Below, in pieces: positions 31,555 to 44,036 of a stretch of DNA of 64,000 nucleotides. Location: assembly GCA_965240325.2 (NCBI GenBank), contig OZ251228.1, positions 2,170,001-2,234,000 of the forward strand, in the 5' to 3' direction. Numbering within the stretch: position 1 is the first letter of the stretch; the number at the start of each line of letters is the position of its first letter. The notes below the pieces were generated by a model. The model worked only from the letters and a program-made list of their open reading frames with translations. It searched no databases and had not been told where the DNA came from. The DNA is from Rebecca billardiae RCC1528. Its lineage: Eukaryota > Protista > Haptophyta. A program made the position numbers and the translations under genes.

Positions 31555-33114
31555 ATGGACTGGAGCCTGATGTTCGATGACCATGGCGACGTCGCCGACT
31601 TCACGACTATCGACATGCTGCTCAGCTCGCGCATGGGCCGCTTCGCCGGGCTGTCGGCGAGCACGGGGTACGGGCGGCGCGCGATGCTGTGCTTCACGCT
31701 CAACTACATCGTCGGCGTGGGCACGCTCGGCCTGCCCTACGCGTTCCACAAGGTGGGCGGCGCGTTGGGCACGGCCGCGCTGCTGGGTGTCGCCTGCCTC
31801 ACGATGATCACGGTCGGCTTCTGCATGGAGGTGTGCCTCCGCGCCGCCGAGCTGCCGCGCATGCTCTCGAAGCAGTCGCGCTCGGCGGGCGGCGGCGCGG
31901 GCGCCGGGCGCGACATCGCGTACGAGCGCAGCGACGACTCCCTGCAAGCCGAGCTGATGGGCACGCCCGAGTGCCTCTGGGGGCGCAAGCTGCCCGAGCT
32001 CACGCAGTGCTGCACGCACTACCTGGGCACGCCCGCGCAGGTGTGCTTCCAGGTGGCGCTCACGGGCCTGATGTTCGCCGGGATGACGGCGTACACGCAG
32101 GTGTTCGTCCACGCCGTGCGCACCGACATCCCGGTGGCCGCGCGGCTCTCGGGCGGCGCGGTCGAGCTCGTCTTTGCAGCCATCGTGCTGCCGCTCAGCT
32201 GCGCCGAGCTGACGGAGCAGGTGGGCGTGCAGACGCTGATGGCGGCGGTGAACGTGCTGCTCCTCGTGCTGATGATGGGCTCGAGCCTGCTCGCCGCCTT
32301 CGCCGAGCACGAGCCCAGCGCGGAGGTGGTGGGCGCGCTCGAGCACACCGACTGGAGCGCCGCCGGGCTCATGTTCTCAACGGCTGTCTTCTCGCAGCTC
32401 TTCCAGCACTCGGTGCCCGGGCTGATGCGCCCGCTGCGCGCGGCGGAGCAGCGCGCCGCGCCCGCCGTCTTCCGCACGGCGATCGGCGGCACGGCGCTCT
32501 TCTACGTGCTGCTCGGCCTCAGCTGCTCCGCCTACTTTGGCGCGGCGATCCGGCCGGCGTGCAACCTCAACTGGACGCGCTTTGCGTGGCCGGGCGGCGG
32601 CGGGCGCGGCGGCGAGGAGGCGTGGTGGGCGGCGGGCCTGTCGCAGGCGATCATCCTGTTCCCCGCGCTGAACACGATCTCCGTCTTCCCGCTCATCGCG
32701 ATCACGCTGGGCAACAACCTGATGCACTACTTCCCGCAGCTGAAGCGGCTCGACGTCGGGCCCAACCCGGTGCTCGACCGGCCCGCGCGCCGCCGGCTGC
32801 ACACGACGTGCTGGAGGCTCGTCGCGGCGCTGCCGCCGATCATCGCGGCGCTGTGGGTGTCCGACCTGTCCGTCACCATGCAGGTCGCCGGGCTGTTTGG
32901 GATCTACGTCGCCTTCGTGACGCCCGCGCTGCTGCAGCTGCGCTCGCGCGCGCGCGCGCGCTCGTTGGGCGCGGACGGTGCGACCGCCTTTGAGTGGGCG
33001 CTGAGCGGGGACGGCGTGGCGCGCGCGGTGCTGGCGTTTGCTGTCGTGGCCATGGGCGTCGTGCTCGCGCAGATCGCCATCGCGCTCGCCGGACCCAACG
33101 GCGTCTCATCATAG
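31555..33114 (+). CDS. Amino-acid transporter (Aa_trans/AAAP family, TMEM104-like)
   Basis: FTLNYIVGVGTLGLPYAF, FQHSVPGL, SVFPLIAITLGNNL; about 11 hydrophobic segments. Confidence 0.88.
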   Translation: MDWSLMFDDHGDVADFTTIDMLLSSRMGRFAGLSASTGYGRRAMLCFTLNYIVGVGTLGLPYAFHKVGGALGTAALLGVACLTMITVGFCMEVCLRAAELPRMLSKQSRSAGGGAGAGRDIAYERSDDSLQAELMGTPECLWGRKLPELTQCCTHYLGTPAQVCFQVALTGLMFAGMTAYTQVFVHAVRTDIPVAARLSGGAVELVFAAIVLPLSCAELTEQVGVQTLMAAVNVLLLVLMMGSSLLAAFAEHEPSAEVVGALEHTDWSAAGLMFSTAVFSQLFQHSVPGLMRPLRAAEQRAAPAVFRTAIGGTALFYVLLGLSCSAYFGAAIRPACNLNWTRFAWPGGGGRGGEEAWWAAGLSQAIILFPALNTISVFPLIAITLGNNLMHYFPQLKRLDVGPNPVLDRPARRRLHTTCWRLVAALPPIIAALWVSDLSVTMQVAGLFGIYVAFVTPALLQLRSRARARSLGADGATAFEWALSGDGVARAVLAFAVVAMGVVLAQIAIALAGPNGVSS

Positions 33115-33250
33115 TTCTGGGTAGCTGATGAAATATGGCGTGGCAGGCTCTGCATGATGCGGTCGTGCACGCAGTGTCGCAACAACACGCGCGGGATGGC
33201 CCCGCGGGAAGTAGTCCAATACTGTACTGTCCTCGTCGCCACCCTCCGCG

Positions 33251-34021
33251 ATGGAGTGTGGCCCGCCCGACGCTGACCAGGCGATGGGCGTGCCGACGGG
33301 GGTGGGGCCGACGATGGCGCGCGCGGTGGCGGACGAGACGGCGAGACTCGTCGACCACCTGCTCGCCCGCGACCCGGCCCGCAGCTACACCGTGGAGGCG
33401 AGGGTCACCGGCGACGGTGGCTTTCAAATCAAGGTGTTCATGTCGGGCAACTCCCCTGGGGACGTGGACGGTGCGGCGACCCCACAGGGCGGGGCTGGGC
33501 TTCCGAGTAGGAGCCGCGGCCCCGCCCCCAGCGCCCCGGCCCGCGGGCCGGTCCCACCTCGCAAGGGGGGGGCAGCCACGCCAGCCTCTGGTGTGCCTGG
33601 TGCTGCGAAGAGGTCCAAGTGTTGGAAGAAGAAGCACCGCGCGGATGGCTCGCTGAAGCCGGCTGCGCGTGCGCGGCGGGACAAACGCGCTGCCGAGGCG
33701 AGTGATGGCCCGACGCCGCAGCTTCCCAACTCTGGCCCCTTCCGTGAGCTCGCGCCTTCGGCATCGTCGGACCCGTCGTCGCGGCCGTCCCGCATGTCTT
33801 CGGACCGCCAAGAGGCCGGGGGCTGCCATCACCCTCTGGGTGATGGCGCCCCGGCTGCGGCGTCTGGGCATGAGGGCGCGGCGTCGGCGACGACCGACGA
33901 GGTCGTGGGCGCGCTCTTCGCGGGCCCACTCGTCCCGATGGGGCGTGGGGCCGCGCCTGGCCCTGTTCACAAGGTGTTTGTGTTCGGGGCAGGCGAAGGC
34001 TCTGTGCCACAACCGGGGTAG
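33251..34021 (+). CDS. Hypothetical ORF, possibly transposon-associated
   Basis: 256-aa ATG ORF with a basic KRSKCWKKKHR stretch; codon bias looks weaker than in neighbouring genes; lies upstream of a repeat end at 34382-34496. Confidence 0.3.
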   Translation: MECGPPDADQAMGVPTGVGPTMARAVADETARLVDHLLARDPARSYTVEARVTGDGGFQIKVFMSGNSPGDVDGAATPQGGAGLPSRSRGPAPSAPARGPVPPRKGGAATPASGVPGAAKRSKCWKKKHRADGSLKPAARARRDKRAAEASDGPTPQLPNSGPFRELAPSASSDPSSRPSRMSSDRQEAGGCHHPLGDGAPAAASGHEGAASATTDEVVGALFAGPLVPMGRGAAPGPVHKVFVFGAGEGSVPQPG

Positions 34022-34381
34022 GTGGGCAGACAGGGGCTGGCGGCAGCCGAGAGGGGCCGCTTTCCCCCGCCCCCGCTGCTGCGAAGGCGGCGGGGGTGCG
34101 CTGCTTGCCTCCGCAGGCGAGCAGCGCGCAGTTTACGCCGGGCATGTGGACCTGCCCACCCTTCATCTTCCAGTTCTTCCCTTCGGCTGGGGCTCGATCA
34201 GTCGACGTGGCGTCGCTCACAGCGCAGGCAGGTGTTTGGCGCGGCTGCACTCTCGAGGTGGCTGGGATACAACATCCAGGTGCAGCACCCTCCCCGTGTG
34301 GTGTCAGAGCGCGCTCCCGAGCGCGTGCCTCCGAGCGCGGGGCGGCCGCTTGCTGCGATGGCCGCCTCGATGAGGTGCGGC

Positions 34382-34496
34382 AACGCGCCCCTCACCTGCC
34401 TGCGCCGGTCTGTTTTGTGGCGGTGTCTTTGTGCAGTGTTGGATGGCGTCAATCACGCCTTAACCAAGTGTGCACGTTAAAACATAGTAAACTGTA
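34382..34496 (+). repeat. 115-bp direct copy of 30005-30121
   Basis: Near-identical sequence. Confidence 0.9.
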
Positions 34497-34753
34497 AAGA
34501 CGACGCGAAATAAGTGCTGCTGATGCGCTGAGAAACTCAGAAATGCTGAATAACAGTTTGGCCAAATCACCGACGACTTTTCAGCGCCGCCAGCTGGCGC
34601 CGGCTCAGTTTTCAAATAGCGATCATCAACGGACTCGACCGGTGTGAGCGCTGTGCAGAGGGCTGTGCGGGGTGGTCGTGCTCATCGCAGCCTCGGCGGC
34701 GAAACCAGAGAGCACGCTCAGCGCTCTGCTCTGAGGCTGCGCACGTGAGCAAC

Positions 34754-36427
34754 ATGCGAACTGCCGCGATCGCATCCGCGGTCCTCGTCGCCACGAGCCT
34801 CACCGCACTCGCGCTCACCACGTGGTACGGGCAGACGGCGCCCGTGGCAGACAAGCGCAGGCGCGACAACGACGCGCAGAGCTCTGGTGGCTTGTTCGAC
34901 TCGTGGTTCGGCTGGCTGGACCCGTTCCAGGAGGAGGTGCAGACAGAGTACGAGCAGCACCCCAACGGGCTGACCTCCGTCGGCCCGTGGAAGGCGGGCG
35001 ATCCGTGGCCGGGCGGGTACGAGTGCACTAAGGGGCAGTCGGACGCCTTCCACATGAAGCCGGACAAGGGGTGCGAGCCGGACTGCGAGCAGTGCCAGAT
35101 GGTGTGCATCCCGAGCGCGTTCCTCGGCCCCTTCAAGAACCACGGCGGCGAGGTCGGCGGCAACTGCTTCGAGCGCGGCTGCCTCCAGCCGGCGGGTGAG
35201 GGCAAGCGGTCGGGCGTGACCTACTTCATGTTTGACTGCGACAAGGCGCTGCTGCAGGAGTGGACGGAGAAGCAGAAGGCGGCGTCGGAGTCGCCGGAGG
35301 TGGTCGCGGAGACCAACCGCACCACGTGCATCGCCAAGTGCTCCAAGCGCGACAAGGACTGCCTGAAGGACTGCGAGACCAAGTTCATGATGGCGCTCGG
35401 CCTCAGCGCGCAGCAGGCGGCGCAGCAGCAGAAGTCGCTGCAGGAGTGCCTCGACGAGTGCGGCAAGCGCGACAAGGACTGCCAGATCAAGTGCGAGGAG
35501 ACCCACAAGGAGGTGCGCGCGACCCCACACCGCGCGATCACGCGGCGAGCCGCCCGTGTGCGCGCGCGCCCCCTCCGGCGTGCAAGCCGCCCGCTGGCCC
35601 GGTCGGCGTCGGCCCACCGCGCGCGCCCCTCGCCGTGCCGTGCCGTGACGTCCGCAGGAGCTGGCCAACTTGACGATTGCCAGGCACAAGGTGGCGGGCG
35701 TGCAGGGCGAGCACGCCGACGCGGCGCAGACCGGCATGGCGATGGGCATTGCGATGTGCGTGGTGATCATACTCGCGCTGCTCGGCTGCTTCTTCATACA
35801 CAACAGGCACATGAAGGATAAGCTCAACAAAAAGCCGACCAAGGTGGCGGCCAAGGCGGAGGCCAAGGCGGAGGCGGGGGCCAAGGGGGAGGGGCAGGCG
35901 CCCGCGCTCGACCAGGAGGTGCGCGCGGCGTGGCGTCCCTCGCGCGGACCGGCCTCAGCACGCGCGAGCGCGCGCTCCCTCATCGCGCACGCCACGCGCT
36001 GCGGCCGGCGCCGCCCCCCGCCCGGCGCCACCCGCGCCCGCAGGCTGCCTACCAGGTGAACATCCAGGGGAAGGTGATCCAGATCACGCAGGGCCCGCAC
36101 GACGAGCTGGTGGCGCTCACGGAAGACGGGCGCGTGTTCACGTGGGACCTGTCGTCGGCGTCAAAGACGCAGACCAGCATCGACGGCCGGCTCGTCAAGG
36201 GCTCAGACCGCGACGACACGCGGCGGGCAGCCAACGGGGAGCTGGCTGCGGCGAGGCAGGCGGTGTCGACGCCGGCGCCATCCGCGACCTCGCCGACGCG
36301 GCGGCCACCGTCGCCCACGCGGCAGCTGTCCTCGCCATCAAAATCCGCCTCGGCGACGCCCGCACAGCCTCGCAAGCAGAGCATCTCGGCACTCAAGAAG
36401 AGCGTCAACGTGATCCGCGCGACTTGA
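34754..36427 (+). CDS. Cys-rich single-pass membrane protein of unknown function; exons 34754-35512, 35658-35918, 36044-36427
   Basis: Signal-like N-terminus, duplicated CxxxCxKRDKDCxxxC, TM segment GMAMGIAMCVVIILALLGCFFI; two GTGCGC..CAG introns. Confidence 0.75.
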
Positions 36428-36930
36428 TTGAGGACGCGCGGTGCCGAGCGGCGGGTGGCCACCTTTGCGCACGGTGGCGGCATTCGCAAGTCGCATCTGC
36501 TGGTCGCGCGGTTTTCGACGGCGCGCGTTCGAGGACATTGGCGGGATGCAACAGCTGCCGAGGCGCACGCGCAACTCAGTCCACCTCCCGCACCATGCCT
36601 CAAAGAGGGCAGCAACGTTTTTAAATATTTCGCGTACCTGCTGGGAACTGCCGCCACGCCGCGCCGCGGTGAGTCCGGTGGCGCTAAGGTCAGTGTCACC
36701 GGTTGTCTTGATGGTGTTGATCGTCGTCGCCAGGTAGTGGAGTACTATGAGCGATGGTGGGCCACTAGGACTAATTACTCACTAATTATTAATTATTATA
36801 ATAATAGTAATTACTGATGATATATATATGATGACAATTGATCGGATGCGCCGAGGCCGAGCGTGGCCGCGTGGCGAACTTTCCGCTGTTGCCGGCCGGA
36901 GGCGCCTAACTAACTATTACTGACGAGGAT

Positions 36931-37102
36931 ACTCATTCGTCTATGATTTAATAATTACGACACAGGTACTAGGTAGGACGGCGCAGGTCTCCTGATACTG
37001 GATCTGGACGGATACGCTGCCATCATTAGATATACGATTGAATAACGACACAGGTAGCGGACAGGCGCAGGTCACTCCTGATACTGGATCTAGACGGATA
37101 CG
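36931..37102 (+). repeat. Two insertion-degenerated copies of the ACTCATTCTATG..ACAGGTAGGACG end
   Basis: 36931-37016 and ~37041-37102. Confidence 0.75.
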
Positions 37103-37122
37103 AATCATTATACGATTGATGA

Positions 37123-37275
37123 TGGCCCGCGGTGCAGGGCGGAGCGCGCAGCGTGGAGCCCGCACCAGCGGGCCCGAACCACGTTTCAAAAAGATCTTTG
37201 ATCAAAGAAAAAAGGGACGGGGGACGATTTTCAGGGCTGGAGCCGGAGGAGACCGAGTTTCGAATTTTGAGACTC
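37123..37275 (+). repeat. Repeat module, inverted copy of ~27503-27653
   Basis: GGCCCGCGGTGCAGGGCGGAGCGCGCAGCGTGGAGCCCGC..AACCACGTTTCAAAAAGATCTTT..GAGACCGAGTTTCGA. Confidence 0.85.
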
Positions 37276-39860
37276 CCTTACAGGTGCATCCTCGTCGAAA
37301 AAGGGCGCGTCCGCCGTCTTGAATAGTGAACAGAGGAATCAACGAAACCCACGCCCAAGTGTGCGAGGGTGAGTAATTACGGGTGGACTCAGTCGTTCAT
37401 GTGTGACCATAGTAAATAAATATGGGCCTCGCCGCCGCAAGAACGACTCTCACCAACTCCAATACTGCGAAACATTGAAAAAAATACCCGCAGCTATTCG
37501 TCGCCAGCCCATTTCATAGTCACTGATCGACGCACCGAGCTGGCGAGCCTCAAAACTCGCCGTCGTCGCAAGGCAGCAGCGGTTTGAGCCCGCGTTTCGG
37601 AGGTGGCGAGGGCGCCGCGCGACTCTCGCCTCCAAGCAAGGGCGGGCGATGGGCAGGTGCGCGCGGCCAGTGGCGCCTGGAGCGCGCGTCTGCGGCGGGT
37701 CCCGACGGCCGTCGACATCGTGTTCGTGCCCCGCTCACTAGTCACTCCGCGCGCCCCTGCCGCCCTGTCGATGCCTGCGCGGCCGGGGCCGCGCGTCAGC
37801 GCAGCCGCCGCCCTTTGTTCGGGCTCTCGCAAGCTCGGGGGCAGCGGCGCCTGACTGATGCCGGACTGATCGATCTCTGAGTCTCCTACTTCACCACACG
37901 CCCCCCTTGTCATGCCTCTCCGCCAGGGTCTCCCAGAACTCTTCTTCAGAGCAGGCGCGCCAACCCGAATCCATCGATCTGTTCCGTGCCGGCACTCTCG
38001 GCCCGCGCCGGCAAGTCTGTCTGCAGCGCTGGACGGGCGGACCTAGGAGGACGAGCTGCGGCGCGGACGACGGTGGTGCGCGACGTCCCCAGAGCTGGCC
38101 GTGCCTCTGCGACGCGTGCCGAGCCTGACCGAGGTGTGTCACCCCGTGACCCCGTGCAGTTCAACCGCGGCGTGCGGAGTGAATAACAATCACCGGTGCC
38201 CTCGCACCTCGGCACACACAGTGCTCCCTCTGGCTGTCTGCTCCGCGTGGCCTGGCGTGCACGTAGATAGAGTTGCGCTCATGCGTCGATCACGCCTCGC
38301 GCCCGCCTGTCGGCCGTCGCGCAGGCGCTGGTCGAACCCTACTCGGACCAGTGCAAATCATCTACTCCTGGCGCTGCCCGCCCGGCGGCGCGCGGTGACG
38401 ACAGACAGCGCGGTCAGCAGCAGCGGCCCGAACGAATCCGCGGCCCCGCACCGTGTTCCCTGGCTGTCAGCTCCACGTGGCCTGGCGTGCACGTGGAGTC
38501 GCGCTCATGCGTCGATCACGCCTCGTCGCATCCGCCTGTACACAATCCGGGCGCCGGCGCCGGCGGCTGCGATGGGCCCGCGCCCGGCGCCGGCACCGGG
38601 GCGCAGCGGCGCGCCGCTGGAGTCTAGTTGTACGGGCATGCAACTGGTCTGTCAATAGACGACTGCGACGGAGGGTGCACCGCCACCGCGGGCCCCGAAC
38701 TACGTTCGTTCTACGGAAAAGGACCGCGGAACGCGGTCATATACAGTCCTCTCAACAATAAATTACCCTATGGAGAGCACACCTGCACATCACACCTTCT
38801 CCTGGCCGCCTAGGCTTGCATGACGGGCACCTGCGGCCCCAGCACTCTCCATTCGGTCGAGCTGCACCCACCCATCATGACTTCAGCCGGGTGGGTGACA
38901 ATTGGAGGACTCCTCTGGGCAGCACGTGAAGCCGGCCAGCTCGGACGTGACAGTGGCCGACAGGCTCTCGACTGGCTCCCACACCCCTTTCAGCCCAGCT
39001 TGTAGCACAGCGCGCCGCTGATTTTCGGCGGAGCCTCGTGTGCTGTGCTACAGGGCATACCCAATCAGCAGGTGGGCCGCTGGCAGGCTAGGTGCATCTG
39101 GTGCACTGTGGTGGCCATTCCCCGACCACCACCCGCAGAGACGTGGCCTGCGCACTGAAACCGCACTGCTCACGCCAGGCTGTGCTGCTAGGCTGGCTGC
39201 TAGGCAGTATCGTAGGCCATCCAGCTGCAGCGCCAGGGCCCACTATACAGCTGCTACACTCCCAGCCAGCCAGCCCACAGCCTGCTCAGCGGGTGAATTT
39301 CCATCCCTGCCTGCCCTCGTGGTGGTCCAGCACCCCCGCGCAGCACCCGTCAGCCGGTTGTGCAATGTGCACCTGCATTCAATTTATCTGACTGACTCAG
39401 CCCACACACCCGCCCAGCTCATACCCACCTGGTCTGTGAGGGCTATAGGTGCAGTAACAGATAGCATGCAGCAGTCGTGGGCCTCAAACAGTGCCACTGA
39501 GCTGGTATCATATAGACAGCCAAACACAAGGTCAAGGGTAACCAATTGTTGAGGGGACTGTATATACGGCCACGTATACTACTCCCGGATATAGCAGTAG
39601 GCTTCAGCACTGCACAGATACTATACTAGATAGCTATAGCACTCAGCATCAGGCGAAGTGAGGCGGCGTCAGTGGCCCGAGCAGCATCTAACTATATCCG
39701 AATCCGGCGGCAGTACTGACTAGTAGTAGTTACGGCATCAGGCGCATTATGACACTACGAGTACGGATTACGGATAGCGCTGCTGACCGCTACTGTCAGT
39801 ACGGAGTTGTCATCCGCATCATGCTGCTGCTGACTCCGATGCTGAGATTATCATTATTGA

Positions 39861-41484
39861 TTAATCCATGCTCATCATGGCGGTCTCATCATCGTAATTG
39901 CTCAGACCGGGCGACCGCTCGCATGTCGAGTAGTGCACCGCGAACGGGAGCAAGAAGCCGAGGCAGATCGCGTGAATGGAGACAAGCGTAGTAAGCGTGT
40001 ACGTGTACGCGTCGACCAGCGTGCGCTCGCGCCAGAGGACGTGCACCTCGTGCACAAAGCTCGAGACCGTGGTGAACGTGCCGCAGAACCCCAGGCTGAT
40101 CGCGAGCAGCCACTCCTGCAGCATGGCTGGCCGCCCGCCCAGCTTGCCGAGGTCGCCGGCCGGCAGCGCCTTCGACAGCAGCGCGTAGATCAGGATCGAG
40201 ATGACGCTGCCGATCATGTTGGCCAGGTACGTGTACACCGGGAACGAGGGCGTGTTCTTGTTGTTGAACCCGAGCAAGTAGCGCAGCCACGCGCCCAGGG
40301 GCGCGATGATGCAAGCGAGCAGCAGCTCGCGTGCCGACGCTGCGCGAGAGGTGCGGAGCAGGGCGCGCGGGCGCAGCCGCGCCGCGGCACCGCGCCGGCA
40401 GGTGAGCGGGCAGCGACGGGGCGGCGACAGCGCAGCCCAGCCAGCGCCTGGCTGCGCGAGCAGATGGCAGGGCGCCACGCCAGGGGGCGCGGGCGCGCGT
40501 GGCGCGCGCACCTGTGATCGCGTTCGCGTAGCACACGACGTACGCTGCGGAGAGGGTGAGCCACACGCCGAGCGCGAAGAGGAGGCTCATGAATTCGCGC
40601 GCGGTCGAGGTGATGTCCTGCTCGTACAGATACTTCACCGTCGAGCGGCGCTGCGTCAGCGCGGGCGCGCCCAGCGTGACGGGCTGGTACGATTCGTCAG
40701 CGCCCGGCGCCATCGCCTCTGAATCATCCACGTGCAGCGACGAGCCGCCAAACTCGCCGACGGCGGCCAGAGCGTCGGCCTCCGCGGCGAAGTGGGCCTC
40801 GCACACGTCATGGCCGCCGCCGTGGCCCTGCTCGCCTCGCGAGCCGAGCAGTTCCGCCTTGCCTTGCTGCCACTCGCACGAGCGCTTGCAGAGCGATCGG
40901 CAGCACAGGGCGGTGTGCTGACCGACAGCATGCGCGCCGTACGAGAGCGAGAAGCCGACGACGGTACCGAGGAACGCGCTCACGGGGTAGAGGGAGCAGC
41001 CGTCGTCAAAGTCCCACGCCAGCACCACCATCGCGCTCATCCACGCCGAGAAGGTCGTCGAGCAGCCACACAGCCCAGAGGTGAGACCCACGTACAGCGC
41101 GGGCGAGATCGCTTGCAGCTCGTTGTGAAAGGCAGTGAGGAGGCCCATCAGCCAGCAGCCGAGCACGTTGATCACCAGGTCGTGGAAGAGCACGCCGGAC
41201 GGGTCACGCAGATTCTTCGGCATCGTCGTCTGCAGGAAGTCGGAGAAGAAGGAGCCATTGCCCCAGCGCAGCAGCACGCCGATCGACGAGAACGCGGCAA
41301 TCGACGCGAGATTGCACACCTTGCGGCTGTCGACCGAGAGGGTGTAGTACTCGGAGAAGACGGTCGAGGCCATCGAACGCATCGCATGCACCGGCGGCGG
41401 CGGCGAGCCCATCTGCGCCAAGCGACGAGGGCTGGGTAGCGGGGAGGAGGTTGACCCTGCTTGTCTTCGAGTTGCCGCCGCCAT
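39861..41484 (-). CDS. FEX: Fluoride exporter with two CrcB/Fluc domains; intron 40340-40511
   Basis: GVLLRW..NVLGCWLMG..GLTSGLCGCSTTFSAW and GAWLRY..ANMIGS..GFCGTFTTVSSF. Confidence 0.9.
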
Positions 41485-41719
41485 CGTGCTTTGCGAAAGT
41501 CGGCAACGCGTTGCTCCCACGCCCCGATTTGTCCCGGATTCACGTTTGAGGTGCTGCGCAGCCTGATGTTCATCAGGCGCATTGTGACGAGCCTGAAAAT
41601 CCCTGAATCATTGGAATCTTTAATTTAGTCACCATACGAGCTGGGGACTCCAGGAACCGGCCACCCGCCACTCCGGAACTCTTTTCATCATCTGTCACGT
41701 CAGCATCCGTCCCTTCCGG

Positions 41720-42859
41720 ATGGCCAGCGTCGCCGCGCTCGCCTCGACGGTGCTCGTCGCGTACCTGGCGGCAACCCGCCGCTCGCGCGCACAGGCGCAG
41801 GTGGCGGAATGGGGCCCACGTTGGCTCGCCCGTCGTGTCGCCGCTTTGCTCCGGCTGCTCGCACACCTGGGCGGCGTGCGCCTGAAATCGGTGGCCGCGC
41901 CGTACGTGCCACCCAAGTCGGATCAGCCGCAGTACCTCCTCGTGTGGCACCCGCATGGCGCGCTTACCTTCGCCGCGCTCTTCCTGGGCTCAAGCATCGC
42001 CCTCGACCCGGCGGGCCCGGTGAGCTGGTTCACCGCCGTCGCGCCGATCCTCTTCAAGATGCCGCTGCTGCGTGAGGTGCTGCTGCTGCTGAACGCGCGC
42101 GAGGTGGCGGGCTCGACGATGGAGCGGCTCATGCGCGCGGGGCGCACGGTGGGCGTGCAGCCAGGCGGGATCCCCGAGCAGCTGCGCACCGATCACCGGC
42201 GCGAGGTCGCCTACTTCCCGCCCAACCTCAGCTTCTGCCGGCTCGCGCTCGTGCACGGCACCCCGCTCCTGCCGGTGTACATCTTTGGCGAGAACCAGTG
42301 CTACGAGACGAACAGCTCGGCGCAGCGCCTCGCGCGCGCCGTGCACGCGGCGTGCGGCCTGCCCGCCGTCGTGCCCTTCGGCCGGTTTGGCCTGCCCTCG
42401 CTGCTCCCGCGGTCCACGGACGTGCACGTGCGCTTTGGTCGCCCCGTCCCGGTCGGCCCGCCGACGGCCGAGCCGACGGCCGCGCAGGTGCGCGAGCTCT
42501 TCGGGCGGTACGTACACGAGCTGCGCCGCGTCTTCGACGAGAACGCGCGTGACTGCCTGCCGCCCGAGATTGCGGCGCGCGGGCTCGCTGTGCTCCACAG
42601 GCAACGCGACGGCCGCACCGTGCGTGTGGACGTGGACGCAGCGAGCGAGCTCCGCTCCACAGAGGCCGGCACTGATGCTTCCAAGCGAGCCGCACTCGGG
42701 CTGGGCGACACCGAGTCGAGCTCGAGCGAGCCCGAGTCGCCGAGCAGGCCCTCCGTGGATGCACGCCACGCCGCCATGACCTCTGACTCATCCGCCTCGC
42801 TGCTCTCCGAGCGCAGTGCGAACACGGACAAGCGCGACGCGCCTCGCTCGGCGCTTTGA
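41720..42859 (+). CDS. DGAT2: Diacylglycerol acyltransferase type 2 (DAGAT family)
   Basis: WHPHG, QPGGIPE, LALVHGTPLLPVYIFGEN, RFGRPV. Confidence 0.88.
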   Translation: MASVAALASTVLVAYLAATRRSRAQAQVAEWGPRWLARRVAALLRLLAHLGGVRLKSVAAPYVPPKSDQPQYLLVWHPHGALTFAALFLGSSIALDPAGPVSWFTAVAPILFKMPLLREVLLLLNAREVAGSTMERLMRAGRTVGVQPGGIPEQLRTDHRREVAYFPPNLSFCRLALVHGTPLLPVYIFGENQCYETNSSAQRLARAVHAACGLPAVVPFGRFGLPSLLPRSTDVHVRFGRPVPVGPPTAEPTAAQVRELFGRYVHELRRVFDENARDCLPPEIAARGLAVLHRQRDGRTVRVDVDAASELRSTEAGTDASKRAALGLGDTESSSSEPESPSRPSVDARHAAMTSDSSASLLSERSANTDKRDAPRSAL

Positions 42860-44036
42860 CTGAGTGCGCGGCGCATCCGCATGGTGCAGTGCTGCGCCCG
42901 CGCGCTGCAGCAGCATCGTCAAGGCTCCGGCAGGACTTGGCTAGGCGCGCGTGGAGGACGACGCAGTCCGCGTAAGGGCATAACCGTCGCTCTGCATCCC
43001 CAAGATCGGCCCGCGTGCGCTGGCAATCCTTCGATTCAGGCAGCGGCCGGCGTCACAGCTTGATCACTCGGTTGATGACTACGAGTCTCACGATGTTGCG
43101 TTCTGCTGCAATCTGATGATGAACGACGATTCCTATGATGTATACTGTCGTATTGAACCGTAGTTCGTCTCAGCATCACGGCGCATCACCGGGATCATCA
43201 AGGCCATTGTCCTAAGGGCTGCGGCGCAGGTAGTAGGACCGCCGGTTCAGACTTTATTATGAGCCAGTATATGTGGGGTTATTGGCACAATAACTGATTG
43301 TCTAAGAGGACGGTGGGAGCGCAATGCGCCGTATGGTATCAACACCTGCCTGCCAATCGGCCCGAGGCAGGCGGCCGAGCGCAAGTCCGGCTGCCATCTT
43401 GGCCACCCTCTTCTCGTGCCACGAGGGTCTTTCGAGCCTGCTCTGTGCTCGCGCACAACGGCCCAGAACTAGCTAACTCGTTGTGCTGCTCCTGAGCTTT
43501 GAGCGGGTTGGCATGGTGGCTCTGGACAGCCAATTGGTGGCCTGGGTTCTTTCATCTGGCGCCGAGCCGACCGACGCGGCCCTGTGTCTCTCTCGCTCAC
43601 GCAGCGGACGACGCCCTTCGTTTCGGAAGCGCCCACTGTCCTGATGGCTGCAGCTGTTCTGGGCCTGCATCTTTCAGGGCGCCCGCCTCTGCACGATGGT
43701 GCCTCGTGCCTCGCTCTCGTGCGGCTTGGCGGCTCTCGAGCTGCATCTTCCAAGCTTGCCGCGCGCTCGGCCTGAGCGGCTGCCGCTCGCACTTTGTTTC
43801 CGAGGAACAAAAATCCCTTATTCAATGTATAGAGTCTGGTATCTCGCAGCGTGGCTCCGCCCTGCCCGGCGTGTGCCTCGCCTCCTCGCTGCATCTGGAT
43901 GGCGCAGGCGCTTCGAGGACGGCTAGACATATATATATATACGTATATATGACTAATAATGATGACGATATACAGATGCGTGCTGTGGCGCCTCGCGAGT
44001 CGAGCCAGCAGCTACGACTTACGCGCGGTGTTGCTC

